DNA from: Bacilli bacterium
GTDB lineage: Bacteria > Bacillota_I > Bacilli_A > RFN20 > CAG-826
DNA: 64,000 bases
Direction of reading: 5' to 3'
NCBI GenBank assembly: GCA_034185265.1
Contig: JAXFZD010000021.1
Coordinates: 5,734-69,733 of the forward strand
Of this stretch, positions 10,517 to 21,200 are shown in pieces; the stretch's first letter is position 1, and every line of letters starts with the position of its first letter. A program made the translations under genes and the position numbers. The notes beneath the pieces were generated by a model. It was not told the DNA's origin and searched no databases. It worked only from the letters and a program-made list of their open reading frames with translations.

Positions 10517-10999
10517 ATGAAAAAGAATAAGAAAAAGAATAGCTTAAACTCTTTCTTTATTGAACGAGTTAAAAAAGAAAATGATTATGTTTTAAACGAT
10601 TTAAAGATTAAATCTGATAGCGGATTTGTTTACGGTATTGATTCATGTTTAGTCTCAAAAAGAGGAATTTTCTTATTCAATTTTAATGACGAGAAAAAGG
10701 TTTTCTATGGGGATGAAGGAGAATTTTCATGGATAAAAGCTGATCCTCATACATTTGTTAAAGTAGAAGTTTCTTCTCCTTCTAGATATATTGAAGGGGC
10801 TGTTTTAACTTTAAAAAAGAAAACAAATTTAGAATTCAAACCCTACATTATATTTTTTAATGCGGATATCATTCATGTAGATTCTTCTCTAACTTATAAT
10901 CCTGAAAAATTCTTGTTTCACATTAGAGACTTAGAAGATATTTATTCTCAAGAGCAAGTCGATAGTTTCTACAAAGAGCTTTCTAAAATAAATGATTAA
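10517..10999 (+). CDS. NERD-like domain protein (catalytic residues apparently substituted)
   Basis: The pattern YVLNDLKI..GIDSCLVSKRGIFLFNFND..G....W......P..Y......L...T...F.PYIIFFNA follows the NERD layout (ID-x-vvv-x-G-ifviExK). It reads F-N-F-N where E-x-K is expected. Start chosen at ATG 10517 behind AAGAGG. Confidence 0.45.
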   Translation: MKKNKKKNSLNSFFIERVKKENDYVLNDLKIKSDSGFVYGIDSCLVSKRGIFLFNFNDEKKVFYGDEGEFSWIKADPHTFVKVEVSSPSRYIEGAVLTLKKKTNLEFKPYIIFFNADIIHVDSSLTYNPEKFLFHIRDLEDIYSQEQVDSFYKELSKIND

Positions 11000-11429
11000 C
11001 GATAACCTAACTTTTTATTCATATATTGGCGAAGTAATCATGTTTTGCCAAAAGGTAGAACATGACGTAAAACTTCTTTCTGCTGGAGTTTCCCCTCATG
11101 GATATAAGGTTGCGAAAGCTATTTTAGATGATGATAAGCTTAGTTTAGGACAAGCTATTAAAACTCTTCAAGATTTCGACGCTTTAAGAGATCATCCTTA
11201 TTTTTCTAGGGAAGATTACAATGCTTTATGGGAAGTAAATAAGATAAGAAATTACTATGCTCATCAGTGTTTTCAAGATCTTTTATATCTTCCTAATGAA
11301 GAAGAAAGAAAAGGAAAACTTCGCGAAGTAGCTGATAAACTAGAGCAACATCATTTAATGCTTAAATCTCTTTCTGACAAAATTGAAAGGGAAAGAATTA
11401 AGTTTTTTAAATCAGAAATCAAATTATAA
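10992..11429 (+). CDS. HEPN-like protein (Rx4H motif)
   Basis: KIRNYYAHQ is an R-N-x-x-x-H motif (HEPN Rx4-6H with Asn after Arg) in a predicted all-helical 145-aa protein. It overlaps the upstream stop by 8 nt. Confidence 0.45.
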   Translation: MINDNLTFYSYIGEVIMFCQKVEHDVKLLSAGVSPHGYKVAKAILDDDKLSLGQAIKTLQDFDALRDHPYFSREDYNALWEVNKIRNYYAHQCFQDLLYLPNEEERKGKLREVADKLEQHHLMLKSLSDKIERERIKFFKSEIKL

Positions 11430-11437
11430 ATAAAAAA

Positions 11438-11464
11438 TTAGCAGTCGACACTTGAGAGTGCTAA
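11438..11464 (+). promoter_or_regulatory. CIRCE operator (HrcA binding site)
   Basis: TTAGCAGTC-N9-GAGTGCTAA against the consensus TTAGCACTC-N9-GAGTGCTAA (one mismatch). It sits directly upstream of a TATAAT (~11473) and of clpB. Confidence 0.85.
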
Positions 11465-11501
11465 AAATAGTAGTATAATAATGCCTGAGGAGGTACTTAT
11501 T

Positions 11502-13622
11502 ATGCAATTTACTGAACAACCATTAGATTATTCTCAAGACCCAAAAGTTCTTGAACGTTTCGGCAGAAATGTGAATGATTCTGTTAAAAACGGCAAAGTA
11601 GATCCAGTTATTGGAAGAGATGACGAAATTCGTAAAGTTATACAAGTTCTTGCAAGAAAGACAAAAAATAACGTTGTTTTACTTGGAGAGCCAGGCGTTG
11701 GAAAGACTGCAATTGTTGAAGGCCTCGCTGAAAGAATTGTTAAACACGATGTTCCTTCTTCATTAGAAGATAAAGAAATTTATGAACTAGACATGGGCTC
11801 ATTAGTAGCTGGGGCTAAATATAGAGGAGAGTTTGAAGAAAGACTTAAAGCTGTCCTAAATAAAATTAAAGAAAGCAATGGAAAAATTATTCTTTTCATT
11901 GATGAAATCCATCTTATTGTGGGAGCTGGTGCTGCTGAAGGAGCAATGGATGCATCTAATATGTTAAAACCTTTACTTGCTAGAGGTGAAATTGATTGTA
12001 TTGGTGCCACGACTTTAAATGAATATAGAAAATATATTGAAAAAGATCGTGCTCTTGAACGTAGATTCCAACCAATTCTAGTTGGAGAACCTACTGTTAA
12101 TGACACAATTTCTATTCTGCGCGGTATAAAAGAGAGATTTGAAACTTATCATGGAGTTAAGATTACAGATAGTGCTTTAGTCTCTGCTGCTGTTTTATCA
12201 AATAGATATATTACAAATCGTTTCTTACCTGATAAAGCTATAGATTTACTCGATGAAGCCTGTGCTTTAGTCAAAGTGGAGATTGAATCTATGCCTACAG
12301 AGCTTGACGAAATTAACCGTAAAATCCGTCAATTAGAAATAGAAAAAGTAGCTTTAACTAAAGAAGTTGATGAATCTTCTAAACTTAGATTAGAAAAGCT
12401 TAATACTGAACTTTCTTCATTAAAAGAAGAGTTTAATGCCTTAACATCAAAGTGGAATAAAGAAAAAGATATTGTTGCTTCTATAAAAGAAATCAAAGCT
12501 CAATTAGATAAAGCAAAAAGAGATTTAGGTATTTACTTCGGAAATGGAGATTTTGAAAAAGCATCAAAGCTTCAATATCAAACTATTCCTTCTTTAGAAA
12601 ATCAAATTGCTGAATTAACCAAACAATCTAACGATTCTAATTTAGTTAACGAAGTAGTTGATGAACAAGAAATAGCTAAAATTGTCTCAAGAATGACAAA
12701 AATCCCTGTTTCTAAGATTTCTAAAGGAGAAAGAGAGAAAGTTCTTGATCTAAAATCTACTTTAGAAAAAAGAGTAATAGGGCAAGAAGAAGCAATAACT
12801 CTAGTTTCTAACGCAATATTACGTCAAAGAGCTGGAATCCAAAATCCTAATCGTCCAATCGGAAGTTTCCTCTTCCTTGGACCAACTGGGGTAGGTAAAA
12901 CAGAAGTTTCTAAAGCTTTAGCTGAAGCCTTATTCGATAATGAAAACAACATTATAAGAATCGATATGTCTGAATATATGGAAAAATATTCCGTTTCTAG
13001 ACTTATTGGTGCAGCTCCTGGATATGTAGGATATGAAGAAGGTGGACAACTAACAGAAAAAGTTAGAAGAAATCCATATTCAATCGTACTTTTTGATGAA
13101 ATAGAAAAAGCTGATAATGAAGTATTCAACATTCTTCTTCAAATCTTAGATGAAGGAAGACTTACCGACTCTCAAGGAAGAACGGTAGACTTTAAGAATA
13201 CAATCATCATTATGACTTCCAATCTTGGTTCTTCTTTACTTCTTGAAGGAAAAGAAAATCAAGCAAAAGATCTCTTATTCCATTCATTTAAGCCTGAATT
13301 TCTTAATAGAATTGATGAAATTGTCTACTTTAAACCTTTAGACAAATCTACTCAATCTAAGATAGTTGATAAGATGCTTAATGAAGTTAAAGAAAGAGTT
13401 ATGAGTCAATATTTCTTCATCGATTTCTCTAAAGAAGTTAAAGATTGGATTTTATCTGAATCATTCTCTCCTGAATTTGGAGCTAGACCAATTAAGAGAT
13501 TTATTCAAGATAAGATCGAAACTTTCCTCGCAACAAAGATTATAAAAGAAGAGATCAAACCTAATAAAAAATATTTGGTTGATCTCGAAAATAACGAATT
13601 AGTTATAAATTTACTTAAGTAA
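11502..13622 (+). CDS. clpB: ATP-dependent chaperone ClpB lacking the N-terminal domain
   Basis: Two AAA+ modules ([18 protein letters not shown]) with a long coiled-coil middle domain. The protein starts at the ..VIGRDDEIR.. region, as in Mollicutes ClpB (~705-715 aa). Start moved to ATG 11502, 8 nt after GAGGAGG. Confidence 0.9.
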   Translation: MQFTEQPLDYSQDPKVLERFGRNVNDSVKNGKVDPVIGRDDEIRKVIQVLARKTKNNVVLLGEPGVGKTAIVEGLAERIVKHDVPSSLEDKEIYELDMGSLVAGAKYRGEFEERLKAVLNKIKESNGKIILFIDEIHLIVGAGAAEGAMDASNMLKPLLARGEIDCIGATTLNEYRKYIEKDRALERRFQPILVGEPTVNDTISILRGIKERFETYHGVKITDSALVSAAVLSNRYITNRFLPDKAIDLLDEACALVKVEIESMPTELDEINRKIRQLEIEKVALTKEVDESSKLRLEKLNTELSSLKEEFNALTSKWNKEKDIVASIKEIKAQLDKAKRDLGIYFGNGDFEKASKLQYQTIPSLENQIAELTKQSNDSNLVNEVVDEQEIAKIVSRMTKIPVSKISKGEREKVLDLKSTLEKRVIGQEEAITLVSNAILRQRAGIQNPNRPIGSFLFLGPTGVGKTEVSKALAEALFDNENNIIRIDMSEYMEKYSVSRLIGAAPGYVGYEEGGQLTEKVRRNPYSIVLFDEIEKADNEVFNILLQILDEGRLTDSQGRTVDFKNTIIIMTSNLGSSLLLEGKENQAKDLLFHSFKPEFLNRIDEIVYFKPLDKSTQSKIVDKMLNEVKERVMSQYFFIDFSKEVKDWILSESFSPEFGARPIKRFIQDKIETFLATKIIKEEIKPNKKYLVDLENNELVINLLK

Positions 13623-14159
13623 TTCTTGGTTCGCACTAAGCCATTTAGCGATAACTATGTCTGCTGAATTTAAAAATACTGCCGAAACCGCAAATCCCTC
13701 GACAACATTTGTTTGAGGGATTTCTTTTTTAATCTCATCAATAGAGGACATAAAAATTTGTCCACCATGAGTTACAAAAGGAATAACGAGTTTGTTTTTA
13801 AAGTTATGACCTTGCAAAAAAGATAGGACAGGAGTAGGGCAAGTTCCCCACCAATTTGGATATCCTAAGAAAATTAAATCATATTCTTCAAAATTATCTG
13901 GTCCTTCAAAAATTAATGGACGAGCACCAGTTTCATATTCTTCATGAGATCTTTTATTGGTCTCTTCATATGAAAATGGATAGTCCATAATAGGCTTTAT
14001 TTCAAAGCAAGGAGCCACGATTCCGTAAGAAATAAGGGCTTTTTGCAGACTTTTTGCAACTTTCATAGTGTTGCCTTCGTTACCTAAATCAACGATTTCG
14101 TCATCTACTAAGTTCTCACCTCCGTGAGAGAAATATGAAATTAATACTTTTTTGCTCAT
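13611..14159 (-). CDS. flavodoxin-like fold protein
   Basis: N-terminal [14 protein letters not shown] and later GYPNWWG are typical of the flavodoxin/NAD(P)H-oxidoreductase-like family. RBS GAGGA. Confidence 0.7.
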   Translation of the reverse strand: MSKKVLISYFSHGGENLVDDEIVDLGNEGNTMKVAKSLQKALISYGIVAPCFEIKPIMDYPFSYEETNKRSHEEYETGARPLIFEGPDNFEEYDLIFLGYPNWWGTCPTPVLSFLQGHNFKNKLVIPFVTHGGQIFMSSIDEIKKEIPQTNVVEGFAVSAVFLNSADIVIAKWLSANQELLK

Positions 14160-14238
14160 AAAAAATCCTCGTGCGATAGTTTATACGATTTTACGATAAT
14201 AAATAACATATTTTTTTAATTTTGCTATAATAATTTAT

Positions 14239-15147
14239 ATGGTTGTCTATGAAGATTTAATTCAAGGGTATGGATATAGACCTAGACAGAAGTTTATGCC
14301 ATGGCTTTTATTATGCTTCCTTTTAGTTGTTGCTGGCATTTGTTTATATTATTTATCCTCGATGGAACCAATTAGAGGAGACCTTATAATTAAGTCTAAT
14401 GGAACTGAAGATCTTGTTAATGCTTTTGGCTTAGTAGGAATGATTATCGGCTTTGTTGGTGTCTTCTTAGGAACTTTTTTATGTTTAATTATAGGTAAAG
14501 GTAGAGCTGCGGTTCTTACTTGCACTTTAATTTTATTCATTCCATTTATGGCTTGCGCTGCTTTTGCTATTGTTTATATTGTCTTAGTTAATGGTAATTC
14601 TGCAGCTAATCTAGAATTGTTGTCTAAGATGCCTTGGATTGGAATGACCGGTTATTATGGACTAGCTTTTGCTGGAAGTTTATATGCTGTTTTACTTTTT
14701 GTTGTAGCAATTGCTATTCTTTCTTTCACTCAAAAATTTGACAAGATTAAGACTGCCTTAAACAAAATGCTTGCTTGCTATGAAGATAAAGCAACAAGAA
14801 AGAAAATGAAGAGAAGATTTATGATCGACTGGAAATATAAAAATTATGAACACTGTTTAAATGATTTATATTTTCCTAGAGTAGGTCAACCTGATGATAA
14901 AGAAATAATCGAAGAAGATGTTCTCCATTATATAATTTATAAGCAAAAACAAGATGTTTCTGCAATTAGAGAAAAACAAATTATGCTCATTTATAGAGCA
15001 AGAAATTACGATAAGATTAGAGGTTTATATTATCGCAATATAGCGATGAATAGAGCTCAATTTGAATACCATTTAGGCAAAAATTCCACACTTGCTAAAC
15101 GAGCACGCGCAACTAAGAGTGTAACTCCAATTGTTGCTAAAAAATAA
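14239..15147 (+). CDS. integral membrane protein, unknown function
   Basis: About five hydrophobic helices followed by a basic cytoplasmic tail of about 130 aa. Confidence 0.55.
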   Translation: MVVYEDLIQGYGYRPRQKFMPWLLLCFLLVVAGICLYYLSSMEPIRGDLIIKSNGTEDLVNAFGLVGMIIGFVGVFLGTFLCLIIGKGRAAVLTCTLILFIPFMACAAFAIVYIVLVNGNSAANLELLSKMPWIGMTGYYGLAFAGSLYAVLLFVVAIAILSFTQKFDKIKTALNKMLACYEDKATRKKMKRRFMIDWKYKNYEHCLNDLYFPRVGQPDDKEIIEEDVLHYIIYKQKQDVSAIREKQIMLIYRARNYDKIRGLYYRNIAMNRAQFEYHLGKNSTLAKRARATKSVTPIVAKK

Positions 15148-15148
15148 T

Positions 15149-16912
15149 TTATTTAAGCATTTCTTCTAAAGCATTTACTAACTCATTCATTCTATGAATA
15201 ACGCTAAGGAATGCTTCTTTTTTTGTTAAATCAACTCCAGCTTTCTTAACTTGATTAATAGGATAGCCGCTTCCTCCTGATTTAAGTAATTCTAAATAAG
15301 ATTCAAACGCTCCCTCTTCTTTATTCCTTACTCTTTCATAAATTAGCATAGAAGAAGTAAAGGAAGTTGCGTATTGGTAAACATAGAAAGGAGAATAGAA
15401 TAAGTGAGGGATATAAGCCCAGACAAGTTCTTTAAGCTTTTCTTCTTTAATGTCTATTCCATAATATTCTTTATAAAGATCAATCATTACGTTAGAGCAA
15501 ACTTGATAATTTATAGGTTCTCCTTTTAAAGCGAGGTTAGAGATTCTATATTCATATTCCCCAAATAATGTTTGTCTATAGAAAGTACCACATATTTCAT
15601 CAATTGATTTTTGTAATAGATAAATTTTATCTTCTTTAGAAAGAGAATCTGATTTAAGTAAATAATCTAATAAATTATGCTCGTTAAATGTTGAAGCTAT
15701 TTCAGCAACAAAAATAGTGTAATCTTGCTTTAATGTTGGCTGAGCTTCTTCAGCAAACATTGTATGGATAGAATGGCCTGCTTCATGAGAAATAGTGAAT
15801 ACGTCATCTAATTCTCCTAAGAAGTTTAACAAAATAAATGGATGGAAATCATAACCGCCATTAGAGTAAGCTCCAGTGCGTTTTCCTTCTCCAGGATAAA
15901 CATCTACATAGCCTTCTTTTAAGACTTCATGAGCTTTATCTTGGAAAGTTTTAGGATAATCTTTGATAGATTCAAAGAATAGTTCTTTTGCTTCTTCATA
16001 AGTATATTTCTTAGAAGACTTAGCTAAAGAAAGGAATCTATCGTAGGAGCGATGAGCTTCTAAACCAAGGTATTTTCTTCTTAATTCATAATATTTTTTA
16101 AGTGGACCACTACCTTCTTTTGCGACTTCAATTAAATTTAGGAAGACTTCTTGAGGAATATTGTTCCCCTTTAAATGAAGTTCTAATAAAGATGAATAAC
16201 CTCTAGATTTCATCGTAGCAATTTGACTTTGAACAACTAGATTATAGATTTCTCCATATACATTTTTATGAGCATCAAAGTAACTATAAAGAGCTTCAAA
16301 TATTTTTGCTCTATCTGCAGTAGAAGCTTTTTTAATTAAAGAAGTCCAATTAGCAGTGGAGACGCTAACTTCTTCTCCGGTTTCCAAAACTACTTTTTTA
16401 GGTAAATAATCACCTACGCTAAGTTGAGAATAAAGATTTCCTCCTTCTCCCATAATTGGGCTGAAGTTAGAAAGAAGCATTTCTTTATCGTTAGAAAGAA
16501 CATGATCTTTGTTTAATAAAAGTTTATCAAAATAGTATGAAAACTCCGCAAATTCCGGATATTTGTTCAAAAATTCATCTAAATAAGGCTTTCCTAGACT
16601 GATTAATTCAGGCTCTAAATAGGATAAAGCGCTACCATAATCATCTAAAGCTAAACGAACTTTATTTAAGGCAGCAAGGTTTTCTACATTCTTTTTATTT
16701 TGATCAGATTTCATACTTGCATAGAAATATAATCTAGCTAAGTCGATATTTGATTGCTTGTAGATTTTTAAGAATACAGCAAGTTTTTCTTCTTTGCCAA
16801 GTAAACCATTAAATTTAGCTAAATCTCCTGCATAATGTTTAAAATAATCTAAGAAATCAAAAAACTCTTTTTCTTCTTTGAAGAATACTGTTAAGTCCCA
16901 TTTATAATTCAT
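15149..16912 (-). CDS. pepF: oligoendopeptidase F (M3B)
   Basis: HEAGHSIH zinc motif. Length and overall pattern are typical of PepF. Confidence 0.9.
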   Translation of the reverse strand: MNYKWDLTVFFKEEKEFFDFLDYFKHYAGDLAKFNGLLGKEEKLAVFLKIYKQSNIDLARLYFYASMKSDQNKKNVENLAALNKVRLALDDYGSALSYLEPELISLGKPYLDEFLNKYPEFAEFSYYFDKLLLNKDHVLSNDKEMLLSNFSPIMGEGGNLYSQLSVGDYLPKKVVLETGEEVSVSTANWTSLIKKASTADRAKIFEALYSYFDAHKNVYGEIYNLVVQSQIATMKSRGYSSLLELHLKGNNIPQEVFLNLIEVAKEGSGPLKKYYELRRKYLGLEAHRSYDRFLSLAKSSKKYTYEEAKELFFESIKDYPKTFQDKAHEVLKEGYVDVYPGEGKRTGAYSNGGYDFHPFILLNFLGELDDVFTISHEAGHSIHTMFAEEAQPTLKQDYTIFVAEIASTFNEHNLLDYLLKSDSLSKEDKIYLLQKSIDEICGTFYRQTLFGEYEYRISNLALKGEPINYQVCSNVMIDLYKEYYGIDIKEEKLKELVWAYIPHLFYSPFYVYQYATSFTSSMLIYERVRNKEEGAFESYLELLKSGGSGYPINQVKKAGVDLTKKEAFLSVIHRMNELVNALEEMLK

Positions 16913-16972
16913 AAAAAAATAAGTCTCCTTTTCAACGTTTAAATTTTAGAAGAAAAAGCATATTATAGAAAC

Positions 16973-17863
16973 ATGAAAATGTATTTTTTATTAATTTTAG
17001 GCTCTGCCTTACTTCTAGCTTCTTGCGGAGGTAATTCCTCTCCGGTAGTAAGTTCAAGTGCTACTCAATCATCTATTGAATCTTCTCAAATAAGCGAAAG
17101 TAGTTCTTTTATTGAATCTAGTTCAGAAATAGAAGTTTCTAGCGAAGAAGAATCTATCCCAGAAATAAGCGAAGAATCCGAAGTTTTTTCTTCTGAAATA
17201 GAGCTTTCTTCTGTTGAAGAATCTTCAGAAACTCAGGAAATTTCAGAAAGCGAGCTATCTGAAGAATCAGAATCAGCAGTTAGTGAATCAGAAGCTGAAG
17301 AATCATCTTTAGTTGAATCTTCTGAAGAAGAATCTTCTGAATCTATTTATAGTTCAGAGAGTGAATACATTTCTGAATGCGAAGAAGAATCAGAAATTGA
17401 AGAGAGCAGCGATGAAGAAGCTACAGTTATTACGATTGATAGAAATTGCATTCCTGAAACAAAACAAAGTCAATATCTCGATAACGTTGATTTTACAGAT
17501 GTAAGTGAAGAATATAATTTCCACGGAGATAGAATTCAAAGAGGAACAGGAGATTTTGATGGATATATCCAATTCTCTTCTGCAAGTAAAGGAGCTGGTT
17601 ATTTATATAATAAGGATAGAATAAAAGGAAGTGTAGAGCTTAGATTCCTTCATATGGATAATCATCAGGGCGCTTCTGTTACTGGAATTCCAACTGTTTA
17701 TGTTGGAGAAGAAATGAATCCTTCTACAGAAATTGAATTAGAAAGCAAATATACATCAGGTTTAGATTATTACTATTTTAGCTTTGATGGATTCTTTAAA
17801 CTTACAACAAAAAGCAATTATAAAATGGAGTTAGAATACTTAAAAATAACTCTAGTAGACTAA
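16973..17863 (+). CDS. lipoprotein with Ser/Glu-rich acidic spacer and a C-terminal ~140-aa globular domain
   Basis: Signal peptide plus lipobox LLLASCGG. Residues ~24-150 are almost only S, E, I and V. Confidence 0.75.
   Translation: MKMYFLLILGSALLLASCGGNSSPVVSSSATQSSIESSQISESSSFIESSSEIEVSSEEESIPEISEESEVFSSEIELSSVEESSETQEISESELSEESESAVSESEAEESSLVESSEEESSESIYSSESEYISECEEESEIEESSDEEATVITIDRNCIPETKQSQYLDNVDFTDVSEEYNFHGDRIQRGTGDFDGYIQFSSASKGAGYLYNKDRIKGSVELRFLHMDNHQGASVTGIPTVYVGEEMNPSTEIELESKYTSGLDYYYFSFDGFFKLTTKSNYKMELEYLKITLVD
17042..17423 (+). repeat. low-complexity coding repeat (GAA/TCT-rich, encodes the S/E-rich spacer)
   Basis: Imperfect reiteration of gaatct/gaagaa/tcagaa units. Translation: SSEIEVSSEEES..SESELSEESES.. 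Confidence 0.6.
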
Positions 17864-18222
17864 TGAAAGAAAAAGATCCGTTTTTAAAGAATATAAAGAT
17901 AGATTCTTTTCCAACTTCTTTTGATGATTCTCCTAACTTTAAAAAAGGTTATGAGATTTTTACTAGTGGCGGAGTTAACTTTATTGAGCAAGTTCGTCCT
18001 GGGTTTTATAAAGGGGAAACCGAAGTTGATAATAAAACATATTTCACACATATAAAGATAGATTCTTTTGGCAAAATAGAATCAAAATGCGACAACAAAA
18101 AATGCAATGATTTTCCTGGAATTTGCATACACGGGTGTGCTATTTTGTTTGAAATCATTAAAGAATATGGTTATTCAAATGATGTTGAGGATAGTGGATT
18201 TTTTGCCGATGATTATTTATAA
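17863..18222 (+). CDS. SWIM zinc-finger-like small protein
   Basis: KGYEIFTSGGVNF...Y.THIKI....CDNKKC..(x7)..CIHGCAILFEI follows the bacterial SWIM layout (RG..Y..G.V ... C.C ... CxH..A.l). TAATG overlap with the upstream lipoprotein gene. Confidence 0.5.
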   Translation: MKEKDPFLKNIKIDSFPTSFDDSPNFKKGYEIFTSGGVNFIEQVRPGFYKGETEVDNKTYFTHIKIDSFGKIESKCDNKKCNDFPGICIHGCAILFEIIKEYGYSNDVEDSGFFADDYL

Positions 18223-21200
18223 GCGTACGGCGTTGAATTAGTCACAGCAGAAGTATTATTTGTAAAGTAAGTCTTCATAATATTCTTAAAGGTATCGGTT
18301 CCGCTGATTGTTAAAGTATTTTTGTTTTTAGTACTATTAGTCGGTTTATAGTAAGTTGCTTTGTAGCTAGTGTTATCGTAGCAGTTTTTATATGTTCCTG
18401 TTTCTAAATTCTTGATTGTTATACTAAATGTGACACCCAAGATAGAGACAATACTCATGGATTCTGTTGTAGCAAGAGAGTAAAGAACACGTTTTCCATT
18501 GCTTAAAGCTTTTGTTCCTAATTTTGCGTTTAACGTGGATAGAGCGCTTGAGTGAGCTAAAGCATCGACTCCTAACCCAATATTCCATGATTTATCAGAA
18601 GAATTATAAGTAAATGATGTGATCATATCTTCGCCATGTAGAGAAGATGGAGAAGCCTCATCTAAACTCATTGCATCGTATGTTTTATTATTAAATCCAA
18701 GCATGAATTTAAGTAACCACTGTAATAAATTATCCTTAAAGTGGGCTGAAGTCATCTTTTCTGTATATGTACGATAGTTATGGTAATTTAAAACAAGCAT
18801 TCTCATCGTCGTGTAATAGTCAACCCGTTGTAAAATAACTTTATCTGTATCTGAATTTCCGGTGAAATGAGCAAAAATAGAAGAGTAGTGCTTCATAGTT
18901 GAGTGATTATCATCAAAGTTTCCATAGCCAAGAAGATATACACAGTCTACATCAATTAATCCATATAAGTAGATTTCACTTCCTTTAAGCCATAAATAGA
19001 AATCTAATCTAATATTGAAGTTACCGAATATTGAAGCACTTAAAGTAGCAGATCCGTTAATATGATAAGTAGAGAAATCTGCTGTATCTAAACCTAGATA
19101 GAAAGTATCTAGGGCGTATTGTCCAAGTTGCTTAAATGAAGAGTAATCTGAGAAGTTAGACTTTGATTGCCCTGCAAAATTCATCTGAATTTGTTCATTT
19201 TCACCTAAAACTTTGGTTACGTCTAGCTCTAAATAGATGTGCTTTTTATTACTTCCATCACTATCTCCGCCTGTAGCAAGAGAGATAATTAAAGATTTAA
19301 TTCCAGCAGTAGATAATTTAGTTTGATCGCTAGACTCAGGATCATAAGAAGAATCAAAACCAATTTTAACAGTAATATAGCCATCGCTTCCTGCAACCCA
19401 AGGTTCAATTAAAATAGTATCAACGTTATTGGATCCAATTTGAATTGAATGAATCATAGGTCTAGTTAATAGTGTGGCGTATTGTCTATCTAAAATTTCA
19501 CTTAAAAGTGAATTAGAGTTAGATAAAAGGGAGAAAAGTCTATTAAGTCTTCCATCATCTTGATCTTGGAAACTTCTTACTACATCAAGGATTCCATTTA
19601 ATGAGTGGATAGAGAATCTACCTTTCATAGCGCTCTTATGTGGTTCTGTTCTAGTTTTGCCGTCAGAATCCGTATAAGTGTAGCCGCTATCATATCCGCT
19701 AGCAGATTTAGATTTTAGAGTGGTATTTACGTTCTTTGAATTATATTCAAAAAGCATGTTATTGAAGTTAGCGGTATTTTCATCATCAGTTTCTCCTTCA
19801 ACTTCATCACCTTCAATATCAATTTTTAATGTATGATCGTTACGATATTCTTCTTTTCTATCGGTAAATACAACGGATCCTGCTCCTTTTTTAGCTAAAA
19901 GGTCAAAGGCAAAATTACCATTAAAGGTAAATCCTTGAAGAGTTTTATTATTGTATTTTGGCTCTGTAATATTAGAGAAAGCTTGAGAAGTTCCTACATC
20001 GTTAAGTTTATCTTTTAAAATGTAGCCTCTTAAAGTAAAGCTTGCTCTAGTGGATTTAGTTAAAAGTCTAAGCTGATCGCTAACTCCTTCTAAATGAGAC
20101 ATTTCTACATAAGAAGAAACATCGTAATTGTTTTGAACTTTGTTATAAGGAACAACTTTAATTTCTCCTCTAATTCCTAAAGTGGCTTTTTCTGAAGAGC
20201 CATGTAAAGCAACTCCGTCAGGGAAAGTGATGACTACCAGTGGTCCAGATTCGCTTACATCTTTAAGTTCAATAACTACGCTTCCTTCCAGTCCGGCATT
20301 AGCTAGGCTTAATTCTACTTTTAGATAGTTATTTCCATTAACTAAAGTAGTCACCATATCGAGAATATCGTGATATTTTCCTTCTTTCATATTGGTTACT
20401 AAAGAAGAATCAGTTATAGCTTCAATTCCTTTAAATACATAGTCAGCTAAAGAAATTAAATCGGAAAGATTTTCGTTGTGAATATTTTCATCATCTAAGA
20501 TTGCAGAAAGGTTTTCAAATATGGCATCTACGACAGTTTTAGAAGTTTTAACTTGAGCAATATCGTTATAGTTAATTAAATATTCGTTATTTGCATCATT
20601 AGCTTCTGCTGATGATTTATCGTAGAAAAGATTAAGGAATTGCGAGTATTTTAGGTTATTTGAGCCATCAAATGACTTTAAAGTAGCTAGTGCGCCTAAG
20701 TCATCAATGTTATTTGAAGATAGATTAATTGATGAATTTAAAGTTACATTTACTGTTTCATCTACGGCTGGGTGATTTGTTTTATCTGGATCAGTAATTG
20801 CTGCCTCTTTATGAATGAAATTTATGTCAGCTTCAACGTTAAATTTCTTTAAATTGATGTATTTTGCAATTTTCTTAAATAGAGCAGTGGAATCCGTGAT
20901 ATCTCTATAATTTGCTGCATCTTCAACTACAAAAGATGGAAGAGTGTTAGCAGAAGTGATAGAAGCTTGAAGTTTTAACTTTAAGTTATCTTTTAAGGTA
21001 CATTCATCTTGAATCCCATTATTTATTGCTGGGAAATCAACTCTAGAAAGTGAATAGTCATTTTCAGTTAAGAAGCCAATTGTGTAAGTATTATCGTTGT
21101 TTTCTATTTCCATGCTGAAATAAGGCTTTCCTCCGATTCTTGTTTCTACAATTGAGTCAAAAGAAGCAAAAAGCTTAGAAGTATTAAATACTGAAGTGGA

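Noticed and set aside
11780-13132. ORFs 11780..12106 (-) and 12824..13132 (-) inside clpB
   Set aside because: They are antisense to a highly conserved AAA+ gene. Their S/P/A-rich translations mirror the sense codons.
17042-17423. Repetitive GAA/TCT-rich DNA, considered as a tandem repeat, CRISPR or contingency locus
   Set aside because: It is in frame inside a lipoprotein gene, the units are imperfect and of variable length, and there is no repeat-spacer architecture. I treat it as a low-complexity coding region only.
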